Below, piece after piece: positions 50,201-59,402 of a stretch of 64,000 nt of DNA (position 1 is its first letter; each line of letters starts with the position of its first letter). Position numbers and translations under genes: made by a program. Source of the DNA: Candidatus Poribacteria bacterium (GTDB lineage: Bacteria; Poribacteria; WGA-4E; WGA-3G); the NCBI GenBank assembly GCA_965242965.1, contig OZ251518.1, positions 5,088,001 to 5,152,000 on the forward strand. The letters run 5' to 3'. Under the pieces are notes generated by a model. The model searched no databases. It saw only the letters and a list, made by a program, of their open reading frames with translations, and was not told the DNA's origin.

Positions 50201-51400
50201 CAACTTTCCATCTGGCGAAAATGCAACAGCATACACTGGGCTGCTGTAGTCAATCTGCGTTATCGCGTTTTCGGGGAGAGCGCGGGAGAGTGGCACCTGC
50301 CTTAAAGGTTGCGGTGCAGCGTCGGAATTATCTTGCACTACGAGACTGATTTCGGAATTTGGAGATTGCGGTGCAGCGTCAGAATTATCTTGCACTACGG
50401 GACTGATGTTGAACTCGGAGAGATTCCAGAGAAAAATTGTCCCGTCCTCGCTACCACTTGCAAGGATATTTCCATCGGGAGAAAATGCTACCGCCTTCAC
50501 ATCTTTGCGGTGGCCCGTAAGGGTATCAATTTCGCGCCCGCTTTCCACATCCCACAACTTGATTGTGTCATCCCAGCTTGCCGAGGCAAGCGTCTTTCCA
50601 TTAGGTGAAAAAGCGACAGAAGAAATAGCGTGCCGATGTCCTTTGAGTGTCGCGATGTCATTCCAATTTTCAGCAGTCCAGAGTTTAACCGTGTTATCTT
50701 CGCTCGCGGATGCGAGCATCTTCCCATCAGGCGAGAAAACGATAGCGGACACATCCTCGCGGTATCCCCAGAGCGCGCCGATATCACGCTTTTCAGCGAC
50801 ATCCCAGAGTTTGACAGTCGCATCGCTTACCGAATTGAGGATATCACCGGCTGACACGAGCGTCTCCCCGTCCGGCGAAAACGCCACCGACTTCACATCC
50901 TTGTTGTCATCACGGAGAGTGGCGATTTCGCGCCGGTTCTTCACATCCCACAACTTAACCGTGTAATCCCGGCTGCCGCTGGCGAGCGTCTTCCCATCAG
51001 CAGTAAATGCAACGGAATTGACACCCCGGGTGTGTCCCTTGAAGGTATAGATTCCCTCGCGTTTGCCTTTAACAGTCCAGAGTTTAACGGTGTTATCTTC
51101 ACTTGCAGAAGCAAGAAAATCCGCATTAGGCGAAAAGGCAACCGAATTGACAGTGTCTCTGTGTCCTTTGAACTCAGTTATGCCGCGCCGATTCTCAATA
51201 TCCCACAATTTGATAAGCGCGCCACTTGCCGAGGCGAGGAACCGTCCATCGGGAGAAAATGCAACGGACGTTACGCTGTCGCTGAGTCTCCCCAGTTGCG
51301 TTCTCGTGTCATCAGGGAGTGCCGCCTTGGGATAAACCAAACTCGTTAGATGGATGAGGAGTGTGAACCCGAGGAGAATGGAATGGTTTTTGAATCGCAT
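47237..51400 (-). CDS. Secreted WD40 (about 14 repeats) + five Ig-like domains + caspase (C14) protein
   Basis: Signal peptide; GH..V.SVAFSPDG..LASGS.D.TVKLW repeats; D..PPEI.I Ig repeats; intact FFAGHG and MIDACF dyad. Confidence 0.92.
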   Translation of the reverse strand: MRFKNHSILLGFTLLIHLTSLVYPKAALPDDTRTQLGRLSDSVTSVAFSPDGRFLASASGALIKLWDIENRRGITEFKGHRDTVNSVAFSPNADFLASASEDNTVKLWTVKGKREGIYTFKGHTRGVNSVAFTADGKTLASGSRDYTVKLWDVKNRREIATLRDDNKDVKSVAFSPDGETLVSAGDILNSVSDATVKLWDVAEKRDIGALWGYREDVSAIVFSPDGKMLASASEDNTVKLWTAENWNDIATLKGHRHAISSVAFSPNGKTLASASWDDTIKLWDVESGREIDTLTGHRKDVKAVAFSPDGNILASGSEDGTIFLWNLSEFNISPVVQDNSDAAPQSPNSEISLVVQDNSDAAPQPLRQVPLSRALPENAITQIDYSSPVYAVAFSPDGKLLVSGVSDNTVQLWDTVAHRELSPLTGHKDWVKSVAFSPDGKLLASASADKTVKLWNVDSRHEIETLKHRNWVQTVRFSPDGQTLASGSYDGKIRTWSVDTTSRRRFGIRINENFTVEGHRGAVSSIAFSPNADTLASGSYDGTVKLWTVSAEPEIRPLNGHSHSVYAVAFSPDGKMLASGSSDNAVKFWDVSTGQAVATLEHIGYVEALTFSPDGKMLATGLTSVSDNVNLWDVSSRTKLASLEGHTDGVTSVAFSPMGTMLATGSRDSTVLIWNLRDVVPIPPPLRDTVLPEIAIHYPPSSPFTVKADVRKIVVSGSAMDSSGIAEVSVNEKKVRVLETGAFKAEVALDSGANSISIVAIDMAGNPAKKELIINRGGDNTPPEIVINPPIPPTTSAEMLPISGRAVDASGISEVTVNGVRVQVSPVGAFQEEFALNFGKNRILITATDTWGNRKTEEVLVTRVDDIPPEIVINFPPESPFMVAPDDDKKIVTGNVTDNSGEIPKVTVNEEPVRVLPNGAFKAEVSLVPGENHITITATDRWGNEASEVVTFIRNPSLTIDINYPRRSPFTVEERDKQIIIAGTVNPASGIRDVTVNEKPVRVLKTGAFKAEVPLNYGENPISVMATDEWGLTATTTLTITRPEPEEPDDEGPEIFIDSPPGVRGFQPIIVVTEKELPLIGRAHDRSGIAEVRVNGERVQVSETGQFVKDITLVLGENRIHITATDTLGNEAVKNLIIDCGVPVVPNGYERKGKDYALLFAVNEYEHWQKLHNPSLDAMKIETELVDTYGFEVELILNPTMQEVFAKLREYAAKTYHPEDQVMIFFAGHGYFDEIFPIGYLVARDTELPDNDREHISYISYPLLKERIDNIACKHIFLMIDACFGGTLDHELLGHRGAENEDKPVNVERVMGYKTRRYMTSGGNEYVPDKSEFAYWVLEALRDRGGEDGILTLNELFSYVEQAKPQPHQGKFGHRNEPGSDFLFITK

Positions 51401-51491
51401 TATTTTCTGATGGGCATCACGCATGCCTTTGTCAAGCCGCCTCTGCTGCGGAACCTCGTTTTATGGTATGAGATAGTAGTTCTATCGTTGG

Positions 51492-51796
51492 TGTAGCGCG
51501 AACGCTGGCGAGGGACAGGTCCTCGCCCTACGGTGAAAGCGGGCTTTTCTCTGTCCGTAGCGCGGGGGCCTGTCCCCCGAGATCGTTGGAGTGCGCACGA
51601 TGGCGAGGGAAACCCGTTCGCCAGCGTGTGTGGAAACCTGCGAGGGCCCTCGCCCTACGATGAAGGGGGACCTTCTGCCGCGGCGGCCCCGGGAGGCGCG
51701 CCGCCCTATTGCATCGAGACCAGGAGGTCTCTCCTACGGAGACATCAATTGCATCGAGACCGGGAGGGCGCGCCAACGGATTTATGAAACACCCTG
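51492..51796. repeat. REP-like cassette ending in TATGAAACACCCTG
   Basis: Inverted near-copy of 21461-21790. Confidence 0.85.
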
Positions 51797-51801
51797 AATT
51801 A

Positions 51802-51831
51802 ATTATACACTTTGAGTATAGCAATTGTCAA
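51802..51831 (-). promoter_or_regulatory. Sigma70 promoter facing the caspase genes
   Basis: TTGACA-18 nt-TATAAT. Confidence 0.65.
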
Positions 51832-51868
51832 GGAGAAACCCTTAAGATTTGACACTTGACGCGCACCG

Positions 51869-52999
51869 CTAATTCCTGAAGAGAGCCAGATACTTCTCCA
51901 GCACAAAAAGGCGGTTGCGGGAGAACCCAGTCATTTCCTTTAACACCCCAAGTTTTGTTAGGGACTTGAGAAGTTGATTCGCTGTTGCATAGTTCATTTC
52001 TAACGCACTTTCAACCAATCTAACGTTGACAATTGGCGTTGCGTACATGAAACTCAGCAATTTTTGGGCGTTTTTCGCTGGACGCGAGCCAAGGTTTAGG
52101 ATTTTCGCGTCGTATTCCTGACGGAGCGAAATAATCGCTTCGAACGTTTCAATGCCGTGCCGCGCTGTTGCAGCGATGCCGTTCAAGAAAAAAGCTATCC
52201 ACTGCTCCAAGTTGTTTGACTTGCGAACCATTGTGAGTGAATCGTAGTAGGAATCCCGATGCTTATCAAAGAAAGAAGACATATAGAGCACCGGTTTATC
52301 CAGCATCTGTGCGTCAATGAGTTGCAGAACGATCAAGAGCCTTCCACACCTACCGTTCCCGTCCAAAAACGGATGGATGGTTTCAAACTGATAATGCGTG
52401 ATAGCGATTTTGATCAGCGTCGGAATCTGTAGCGACTGGTTGTGCCAGAATTTCTCTAAGTCGCTTAAAAGTTCCGGCACCTCCGCCGCGGAGGGCGGCA
52501 CAAAAAACGCATCCGAAAGCGAGGAGCCACCAATCCAATTTTGACTCCTGCGAATCTCACCAGGGGCCCTATGCTCACCGCGAACTCCAGAGAGCAAGAT
52601 TTGATGCGCTTCCCGCAGCAGACGCATCGAAAGCGGTAACACCGGAAGTTTGTCAATCGCCGAATTCATCGCTTGGATATAGTTCTGAACCTCATGCCAA
52701 TCCTCGCGACGCTCCGGGTCGATCTCCTCGTGCGGTAGCACCGCTTCGTCAAGTTCGGTTTTTGTCCCTTCAATCCGATTAGAGTCTATCGCTTCTTTCC
52801 TCACCTGCATTTGGATGAAGAAATCGACATCCGGCACGAGGCCGGCGTAGGCATTTAACTCGCCTAAAAGCCGGCCTGCCTGTTCCAAGAGAACATCTAT
52901 CTGCGAGTTTTTCCAACTAAAATGACAGTTGATAAAAGAAGGGATGAAACTCCTATATTCTCGTTGCTGCCTATATTTGCCCGCTACGAATGTTTTCAT
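51869..52999 (-). CDS. Fic family protein with N-terminal Fic_N and C-terminal wHTH
   Basis: [43 protein letters not shown]. Confidence 0.93.
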   Translation of the reverse strand: MKTFVAGKYRQQREYRSFIPSFINCHFSWKNSQIDVLLEQAGRLLGELNAYAGLVPDVDFFIQMQVRKEAIDSNRIEGTKTELDEAVLPHEEIDPERREDWHEVQNYIQAMNSAIDKLPVLPLSMRLLREAHQILLSGVRGEHRAPGEIRRSQNWIGGSSLSDAFFVPPSAAEVPELLSDLEKFWHNQSLQIPTLIKIAITHYQFETIHPFLDGNGRCGRLLIVLQLIDAQMLDKPVLYMSSFFDKHRDSYYDSLTMVRKSNNLEQWIAFFLNGIAATARHGIETFEAIISLRQEYDAKILNLGSRPAKNAQKLLSFMYATPIVNVRLVESALEMNYATANQLLKSLTKLGVLKEMTGFSRNRLFVLEKYLALFRN

Positions 53000-53027
53000 G
53001 TCCCCATCCTCCAATTTAGGACAATTT

Positions 53028-53190
53028 AGAATTCCATATTATCATTTTTCCCGATTTTTAATAATACAGAATTCCATATTATCATTTTTCCCGATTTTTA
53101 ATAATATAGAATTCCTCATTATCATTTTCGGCGATTTTTGATAACCATAAACGCTATATTATCATTTTCGGCGATTTTTGATAATCATAA
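53028..53190. repeat. Four AT-rich 40-bp tandem repeats upstream of fic
   Basis: ATTATCA at 53038, 53078, 53118 and 53158. Confidence 0.9.
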
Positions 53191-53218
53191 ATTGATTGGC
53201 GAACTATAAAACTCGCCT

Positions 53219-53701
53219 CTACAATTCATGAATCTTCGCCGCAAGCGTGCCCAAATCCACAATCGCGACGGTAGACTTTCCTGTCGTCCAGCCGCCTGCC
53301 TCCCCTGGATTAAGCAGAAGAGACCTCTCGTTCTGAACATCGATCTGGTGTGTGTGGCCGTAAACGACGATGTCATACACGCCGCTTTTGGCAATCGGAA
53401 TAGCGAGTTCAGGATAGTGCATCACGGCGATGCTCCTGCCGCCGACAGAAACGTTCGCTAAATTCGGGTGAACCTCGCCGACAGCTTCAAACCGCTGCGC
53501 GAGGATAACGCGCTCGCCATCGTTGTTACCGAACACACCGACGACTCGGCACTCCAAATCGGCAAGGGGTGCTATTGCAAACGGCGAAATAAAATCGCCC
53601 GCGTGGACTACCAACTCTACGCCAGCATCGTTGAAGAAGGCGACAGCGCGTTCAATCTGCGGGATGTTATCGTGACTATCGGACATTACGCCAAGTTTCA
53701 T
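53219..53701 (-). CDS. YfcE/MJ0936-type metallophosphoesterase
   Basis: SDSHDN, HAGD, GNND, YGHTH, LNPGE. Confidence 0.92.
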   Translation of the reverse strand: MKLGVMSDSHDNIPQIERAVAFFNDAGVELVVHAGDFISPFAIAPLADLECRVVGVFGNNDGERVILAQRFEAVGEVHPNLANVSVGGRSIAVMHYPELAIPIAKSGVYDIVVYGHTHQIDVQNERSLLLNPGEAGGWTTGKSTVAIVDLGTLAAKIHEL

Positions 53702-56700
53702 GAGGGTTCTCCTTTTGTGTTATCGTGTCGTTGAATTCCGCGTTCATTGAGTTGTGCTAATTCTTTTTCCAAGTTGCACCGGGATTTCTTCCCACCGTGA
53801 ATGCTCGGTTCGGCAGAGAGAAGTTCCCTGAGTTTGCCTAAGGCTCGGTGGACATCGGGAGTGTGGATGTCCAGCACCTCGCGAAGCAGACGGCTGTCAA
53901 GTGTGTGACGGCCCGGGTCATCCGCAACTTCGTTAAACGGCAACATCCGTTCGTGTTTCAATTCGTGGAAAACGCGTTCGGCATTCGCTAACGCCTCATC
54001 CGAAAGACGGCGCACATCCAAGGACGGCATTCGGAGTAGGGCTCCCCTTGAACTTCTACCCCTTTTAGCCTGTTGTTTTCCACTGTGCATCCACTGGAGC
54101 ATGAGCCCAAGCGTTGAATTACCCCAGAGCGTCCAGACGTAGTCGTAATGAGAGTTTTTCAACACAACAGTCGGCAGTGAACTTATCCCAATAGCGGGTT
54201 CTTCCGTGAAGAGGACACCCAGTGAGTTTGAACTGAATCCCATACTTATGTTGAAATGGACGCGGCTGTTGAGTGCCAGTATCCGCTGTGCTTTGTCATG
54301 GCGATTGGGACGAGGAATGAGATGGCAATCGGGTTTAACCAACATGGCGCGTTGTGCAGGCGCATTCACTCGCCACAATCCGGGATAAAGGACCGGGGTG
54401 GCATAACTTTCTTCCACGTCAAACGCCCCGCGCTCCCCAGATTCATGAATATCCCTTTGATGCGCGCCGACCTCGGCAATATCGCCTACGCTGCACATAG
54501 GGATTTGTAACGGCCTCGCCTGCGTTGGTAACCACAACTCACCTGTCCCTAGGCGATACGCCGATTGGATTAACGCCATCTCCTTTATCCGAGTGGCTTC
54601 CCAGGCACCGTTCTCCTTAAGCGGACAATTGAGAACATGCCCGACAGTGCCCTCGCCGATTTTAACCAGGTCTGCGCCAATCGGGCCATCTTCCATCCGA
54701 CGCGTGCTTTTCACTCGGTGGACAGTATTTCCCACTTCGATGGCTTCTAACACGCTCCGCGGCCGATGGGTAAGCGAGACAAATGTGCCGCGCCCTGTGC
54801 ATTCCGCTTTTTCCCCTTTCGTTGCAATGACGATGCACTCCGCCATGCTTGTATCCGCCGAGAAGGCGCAGTTCTCGCCTTTCGCATCGGCGATTGTCAC
54901 CACAATCACGTCGTGGTATTCTGTCGCCCACATATCGCGGACTTTCTGCCAATGCGGTGAAACAAGGCACGTCAGCGGCAGAATGAACCCCATCTGGCTT
55001 TTCCCGTTGGGTTTTAACATCCTATCGGCAAGATCGACGAAATCGGACGCGAGCCCCGCGTTGCCGTTGCCGACGCGAAAATTTTTCCTTCTCCGCGCCG
55101 CCCGCATCTCTTGTTCTTCCTCCTTGTCCCTTCCACTCCCCTTGAAAACCGCTTTGGGCGCACCGCTACTCGCATCAGAATCCGGACGCGTAAACGGCGG
55201 ATTCTCCACGACAATATCAAAGTCTTCGTGCCTGAATTGATGCTGCGCCGTTACCGTCATGTCGTCTGCACCCCCAATCCGCTGCGCGGCTATCTCCAAG
55301 CCCATCAGGGGCAGCGGGAGGGTTTTTTCCGGCGTGTCAAGCAGCTCAAGCGAACCGAGGGCATAACTGCCATCGTCTTGTTTACCGTAAGGCAATGTGA
55401 AGATACAGGTATCCCCTATCTTGATATCCGGGGCGATGCTCGTCAGCAGTGCCGCGGTAAGATGACTGGCGTTCGGCATCACATCGCATCCGACGATGTT
55501 CTGCTCTATCATCGCCTTGTGGATGAGGTGCCCTTTACCACCTGCTTGTTCGTGCAGTTCAAGCATCCGTTGGTAGGCACCGTAGAGGAGCGAACCGGTG
55601 CCGCATGAGAAATCGGCTACCCGCAACGCGCGCACATTCGTCTGCCTTCTGGGGAGCACTAACGCCGAGAGCAAAGCAACCGATTCCAGCCGCGTATAGT
55701 TCGCTTTGATATACTTTCTGTCGACAATCAGGCGTTGGAAAACTGTCCCCGCGAGCTCATGCATCTGCGTCAGCCGCTCATCTACCAATGCTATCGCCGC
55801 ACGACATAGCAGCGCGAGCACGCTATCCACGCGTGCGTCGTCCGTGGCAATCGCCTCGATGAGCCGTTTGGCGACAGAGAAAATCGGACGGTAATTCACG
55901 TCCAGAATCACATCCCACCCCGTGAGAACCTGTTTGTAGGGCAGCCGTTCCGCATCGTCGGAGAGCAGCCGTTTCAGGGACAAGACACCTTTCACTTTCC
56001 CGGCGAGCGTGCTTTGAAACACAAGCGCGTTCGTGACGATGAGCATCGCCATCCGAGAGGTTTGCACACCCGACTTCTGGAAGAGAATCGCCTCAATTTC
56101 TGTTCCGATGTCAGGACGTTCCTGAATTGCAGCCTCCAATTGCTGCGCCGCAAACTCTATCCGTTGTTGCAACAAATCAGCAGCGGCATCAATTTGGGCG
56201 ATAGGTGTCGCGCGAACGCGAAGTACGGTTGCGATGTCGGCAACACTCCCTTGCAGCCATCCGTTTTCAGGGAAGCAGTCGGGTGACGCTAGGTTATTAA
56301 ATGTATGTGAAGGGGGGGGGGTAATTCTCCTTCTTTCAGCATCTGTTCAGGTGCCGCTTCATTGATGAACAAAGCCTGTTCGGATGCCGACGTGCCTACT
56401 GGTTTCGGCTGGCTGAGGAGCAGATAAGCGATGTCTTCCGCCTCGCGCATTTCGGATTCAATGGTGTCCTGCGGCATCGTTTTGAATCGGGCCGGCATCC
56501 GGATGCGCATCACATGCGAAACGGTATTGTAAGTGAGATAGGGAACAACGTTGGCATCGAGAAGCCTCCCGAAATGTGCTTCTGCTTGTGTCCTGCCTGA
56601 AAGATTCGGCGTATCGCCATCGATTTTCACCTCAATGACGATAGGATTCCGTCCGACTTCGGTGACGATGACATCAGGCTTTTTGGTAGCGTTGAGGAAC

Positions 56701-56804
56701 GGCTTGGTAATCTGTTCGTTCACGCTCCATGCCTGCCGCATCGGACGAAGCACGTTGACGAATGCGGTAGTGATAGTATTTTCGCTGTTTGACATCATTT
56801 CCAT
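53698..56804 (-). pseudogene. Type IIG-like fused endonuclease/N6-methyltransferase, frameshifted at a C10 tract
   Basis: N-part KPDVIV..IVIEVK (PD-ExK); C-part DFSCGTGSLL and VENPPF; one extra C at 56312-56321 joins both ORFs into about 1035 aa. Confidence 0.85.
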
Positions 56805-56818
56805 CCCGTGGGAACGTT

Positions 56819-57691
56819 TTAGCCTGAAACGTCTGAATCAGCCAATTTCCCAAAGAGTTTCACATCGGGTTGCCCGCGATAGAGGACAACAAAATAGCGC
56901 AACTTCAACATCTCATCAGAAGCAAGATGGAGCGGCTCATAGTAGACAAGCGACGGATGGATGAGGCAATATTTCTCCCGATTGCGCACCCACCACGTCG
57001 TCGGATAGCGCGGATTCTTAACGTTATCGACGATAGCGGCACCGTAAATCTGGCCATCAGCGGGATGCCGCGACGTGAAACTGCACCATTGACTCTGCTG
57101 GCCAAAGATGTCCATCGGTTCCGTGCGGCCATCTGCATCCAACAGACTGCCCGGCGTGAGGACATTATCAAATCGGATAGCCAGCCCGCTGTAAAACCGG
57201 CCGTCTGCACCCGGCTCGCCGCGCCGCAAATCTAAAACCACCTCGCGTTCATTTGGCAGAAACTCAAGTTCCACGAGAATCTTCAGCGTGTCAGGCGTTG
57301 TCGGTTCGCCGAGGGTTATCTGCCGGCGTTCCGTGAGATGCGTTACGCCTCGCCAATCGAGCCATGCGTTTTCAGCGATGATTCGCGCCAGCCTGGTTCC
57401 CGCGGTGCGTTCAACGATGCGCTGAGGGACGATTTTCCCGAAACCAGTGGCATCCTCGCCAGGGGCAGGCTGCTCCCAAAAATTAACTCCGTTAACCTTC
57501 TTCCACGCCACCCACATTCCCTGATGATGCACGTGATCTCCCGGTTCATTCATTGTTAACGGCGGCCCACCGGGCAGGCGCAGCGGATGACAATAAGGAC
57601 GGTTACCATCCTCAGGAAAATGGTAACCTAAAACCTCTTGGCCGTCCCAATTGACAGTTAAACTGTCTTGGGTTTCAGATATTGAAAACAT
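56819..57691 (-). CDS. DUF6807 (PmoA-named) family protein
   Basis: RPYCHPL..PGDHVHHQGMW..VNFWE, YSGLAIRF, NPRYPTTW. Confidence 0.75.
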   Translation of the reverse strand: MFSISETQDSLTVNWDGQEVLGYHFPEDGNRPYCHPLRLPGGPPLTMNEPGDHVHHQGMWVAWKKVNGVNFWEQPAPGEDATGFGKIVPQRIVERTAGTRLARIIAENAWLDWRGVTHLTERRQITLGEPTTPDTLKILVELEFLPNEREVVLDLRRGEPGADGRFYSGLAIRFDNVLTPGSLLDADGRTEPMDIFGQQSQWCSFTSRHPADGQIYGAAIVDNVKNPRYPTTWWVRNREKYCLIHPSLVYYEPLHLASDEMLKLRYFVVLYRGQPDVKLFGKLADSDVSG

Positions 57692-57717
57692 AGTCTTCTC
57701 CGTTGCGGGTTTCAGCC

Positions 57718-58542
57718 TTAGTTGAGGTAAAGATTCACAACCTCGCGCTCTAGCGACAAACCTTCCCATTCGTCATCCCCGGGTCCGTCGTAGATGAGGG
57801 TGTGCGGACCGGAAAAACCTGCGTCACGGGTAAGCTCCAAGCATTGGACATAATCGTCCCGCTCCATTTCGCGAGGTGCAGTGAAACGCGCTTTCGTATG
57901 GCAAGACTCTGCCAAAGAGGCAATTGCACCCAGGTCATCGTATTTCGTATCGCCGTGCCAGTTGCCGAAGTCAAGGCAGAGTCCGACTTTGCCATCTAAT
58001 CGGCTTAAAATAGTATTGACATTCTCAGGCGTGGAGAAGATAGAGAACCAGTTCTCGCTCATCAAGCGGATGCCCGCTGTTTCCGCGCGTTCAGCGAGTT
58101 TGGCGAGGACATTACGACTCTGCGCGAGGGTGGCTTCAGATGGTTCTGCTTTCCCGCCGATGACGCGCGCACACGTCGCGCCGAGCTCTCCCGCAATATC
58201 AATCCACGTCTCAATCCAAGCGATATCGCGTTCTGCTTCAGACGGATGCGTGATGTCGCCATCGTCAATCAACAGAGAAAAGAGTTCAACATCGGCATCC
58301 GCAATGGCTGCGCGGAGTTCCGATAGGTATGCCTTCTCCACAGAAGGCAAGTGGAAATGGCAGAGCTCCAGGGTATGAATACCAAATTCGGCAATGCGTC
58401 CCGGCAATTCTAGCAGGGAAATGGGGCCGTTGTGATGCGTTTCAACGGGAATGTGCATCCCATCCGCGGGACCGGTAAAGCCCGGTTTCCCGAGTTGCCG
58501 ATGCAAACTCCACGTTGAAACCGAAAGACGAGGGGTTGACAT
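57718..58542 (-). CDS. Sugar-phosphate isomerase/epimerase (TIM barrel)
   Basis: STWSLH, LMSENW, LCLDFGNW, CHTK; GGAGG RBS. Confidence 0.85.
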   Translation of the reverse strand: MSTPRLSVSTWSLHRQLGKPGFTGPADGMHIPVETHHNGPISLLELPGRIAEFGIHTLELCHFHLPSVEKAYLSELRAAIADADVELFSLLIDDGDITHPSEAERDIAWIETWIDIAGELGATCARVIGGKAEPSEATLAQSRNVLAKLAERAETAGIRLMSENWFSIFSTPENVNTILSRLDGKVGLCLDFGNWHGDTKYDDLGAIASLAESCHTKARFTAPREMERDDYVQCLELTRDAGFSGPHTLIYDGPGDDEWEGLSLEREVVNLYLN

Positions 58543-58655
58543 AGTTGTTATCCTCCAAATAGTCCGATGCAATTCGGAAAGTTACGACGGTAATAGCGGG
58601 CCGCGCGGTTTTCTTCTCACCAAGCCGAAAGGCAACCGCGTGTGCCTTTATAGGT

Positions 58656-58775
58656 CTACTTTTTGTTCGCGTTCCAGATGGCTGTTCCTATGACGTAACA
58701 CAGCGTCGCGATGAACGCTACCAACAAACCGAGGATTACCCATTCTCTCCAGTCCATCACAAACCAGTCCATCAT
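58656..58775 (-). CDS. 39-aa single-pass membrane microprotein (not in the ORF track)
   Basis: GGAGG RBS; MMDWFVMDWREWVILGLLVAFIATLCYVIGTAIWNANKK. Confidence 0.6.
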   Translation of the reverse strand: MMDWFVMDWREWVILGLLVAFIATLCYVIGTAIWNANKK

Positions 58776-58792
58776 AATTCCTCCAATTCATT

Positions 58793-59327
58793 GAGGGTGT
58801 TTCATATCACGATGGCTTCCCGGTAGGCGAGCCCTCCCGGTCTCGATGCCTCAAACGTCCGTAGTTCGTAGCGCGGGGGCCTGTCCCCCGGTGCATCAAA
58901 AACTGCTGCTTATGACGTAGCGCGGGGGCCCTCGGATGCCATACGCGCATCCGAGCGGGTTTCCCCCGCGAGTTTAATAGTCTGAAGCAGGATTTCCAAG
59001 ATTTTCAAGATTTTCAAGATTAGGAACCTCTTGGCGAGGCAAATCATCTTTCTACCGTAGGGAGGCCCCCCTCGGATGCCATACGCGCATCCGAGCGGGT
59101 TTCCCCCGCGAGCTGCCGACCTCCGCGAAAAACGCCCGCAGCCCACCACGGATGGTTGCTACTCAGACCTGGGCATGGCGAGGGACAGGCCCTCGCCCTA
59201 CGGTGACCGGGAACGATTGCACGGCGAGGGACAGGCCCTCGCCCTACGGTGACCGGGAACGATTTCTTAGTTGTTACCGTAGCAGGGGTCTGTCACCGCG
59301 ACGTTGAACGAATTATGAAACACCCTC
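58793..59327. mobile_element. Non-autonomous MITE-like element carrying REP repeats
   Basis: 14-bp perfect TIR GAGGGTGTTTCATA/TATGAAACACCCTC flanked by direct repeat AATTCATT (58785-58792, 59328-59335). Confidence 0.8.
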
Positions 59328-59402
59328 AATTCATTTGTAGTTCGGGGAGTCAAACCGCATGAGACGATAACGAATCCCCGAACACAGCCAGTTGTCTGAG
59401 AA

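Noticed and set aside
50310-50410. 60-bp duplication in the WD40 linker (VVQDNSDAAPQ twice)
   Set aside because: Ordinary in-frame linker duplication
53158-53185. dif/Xer site
   Set aside because: 28-bp dyad but lacks the XerD arm TTATGTTAAAT and the 11-6-11 layout
56819-57691. Particulate methane monooxygenase
   Set aside because: Soluble DUF6807-type protein with no TM helices; only the family name overlaps
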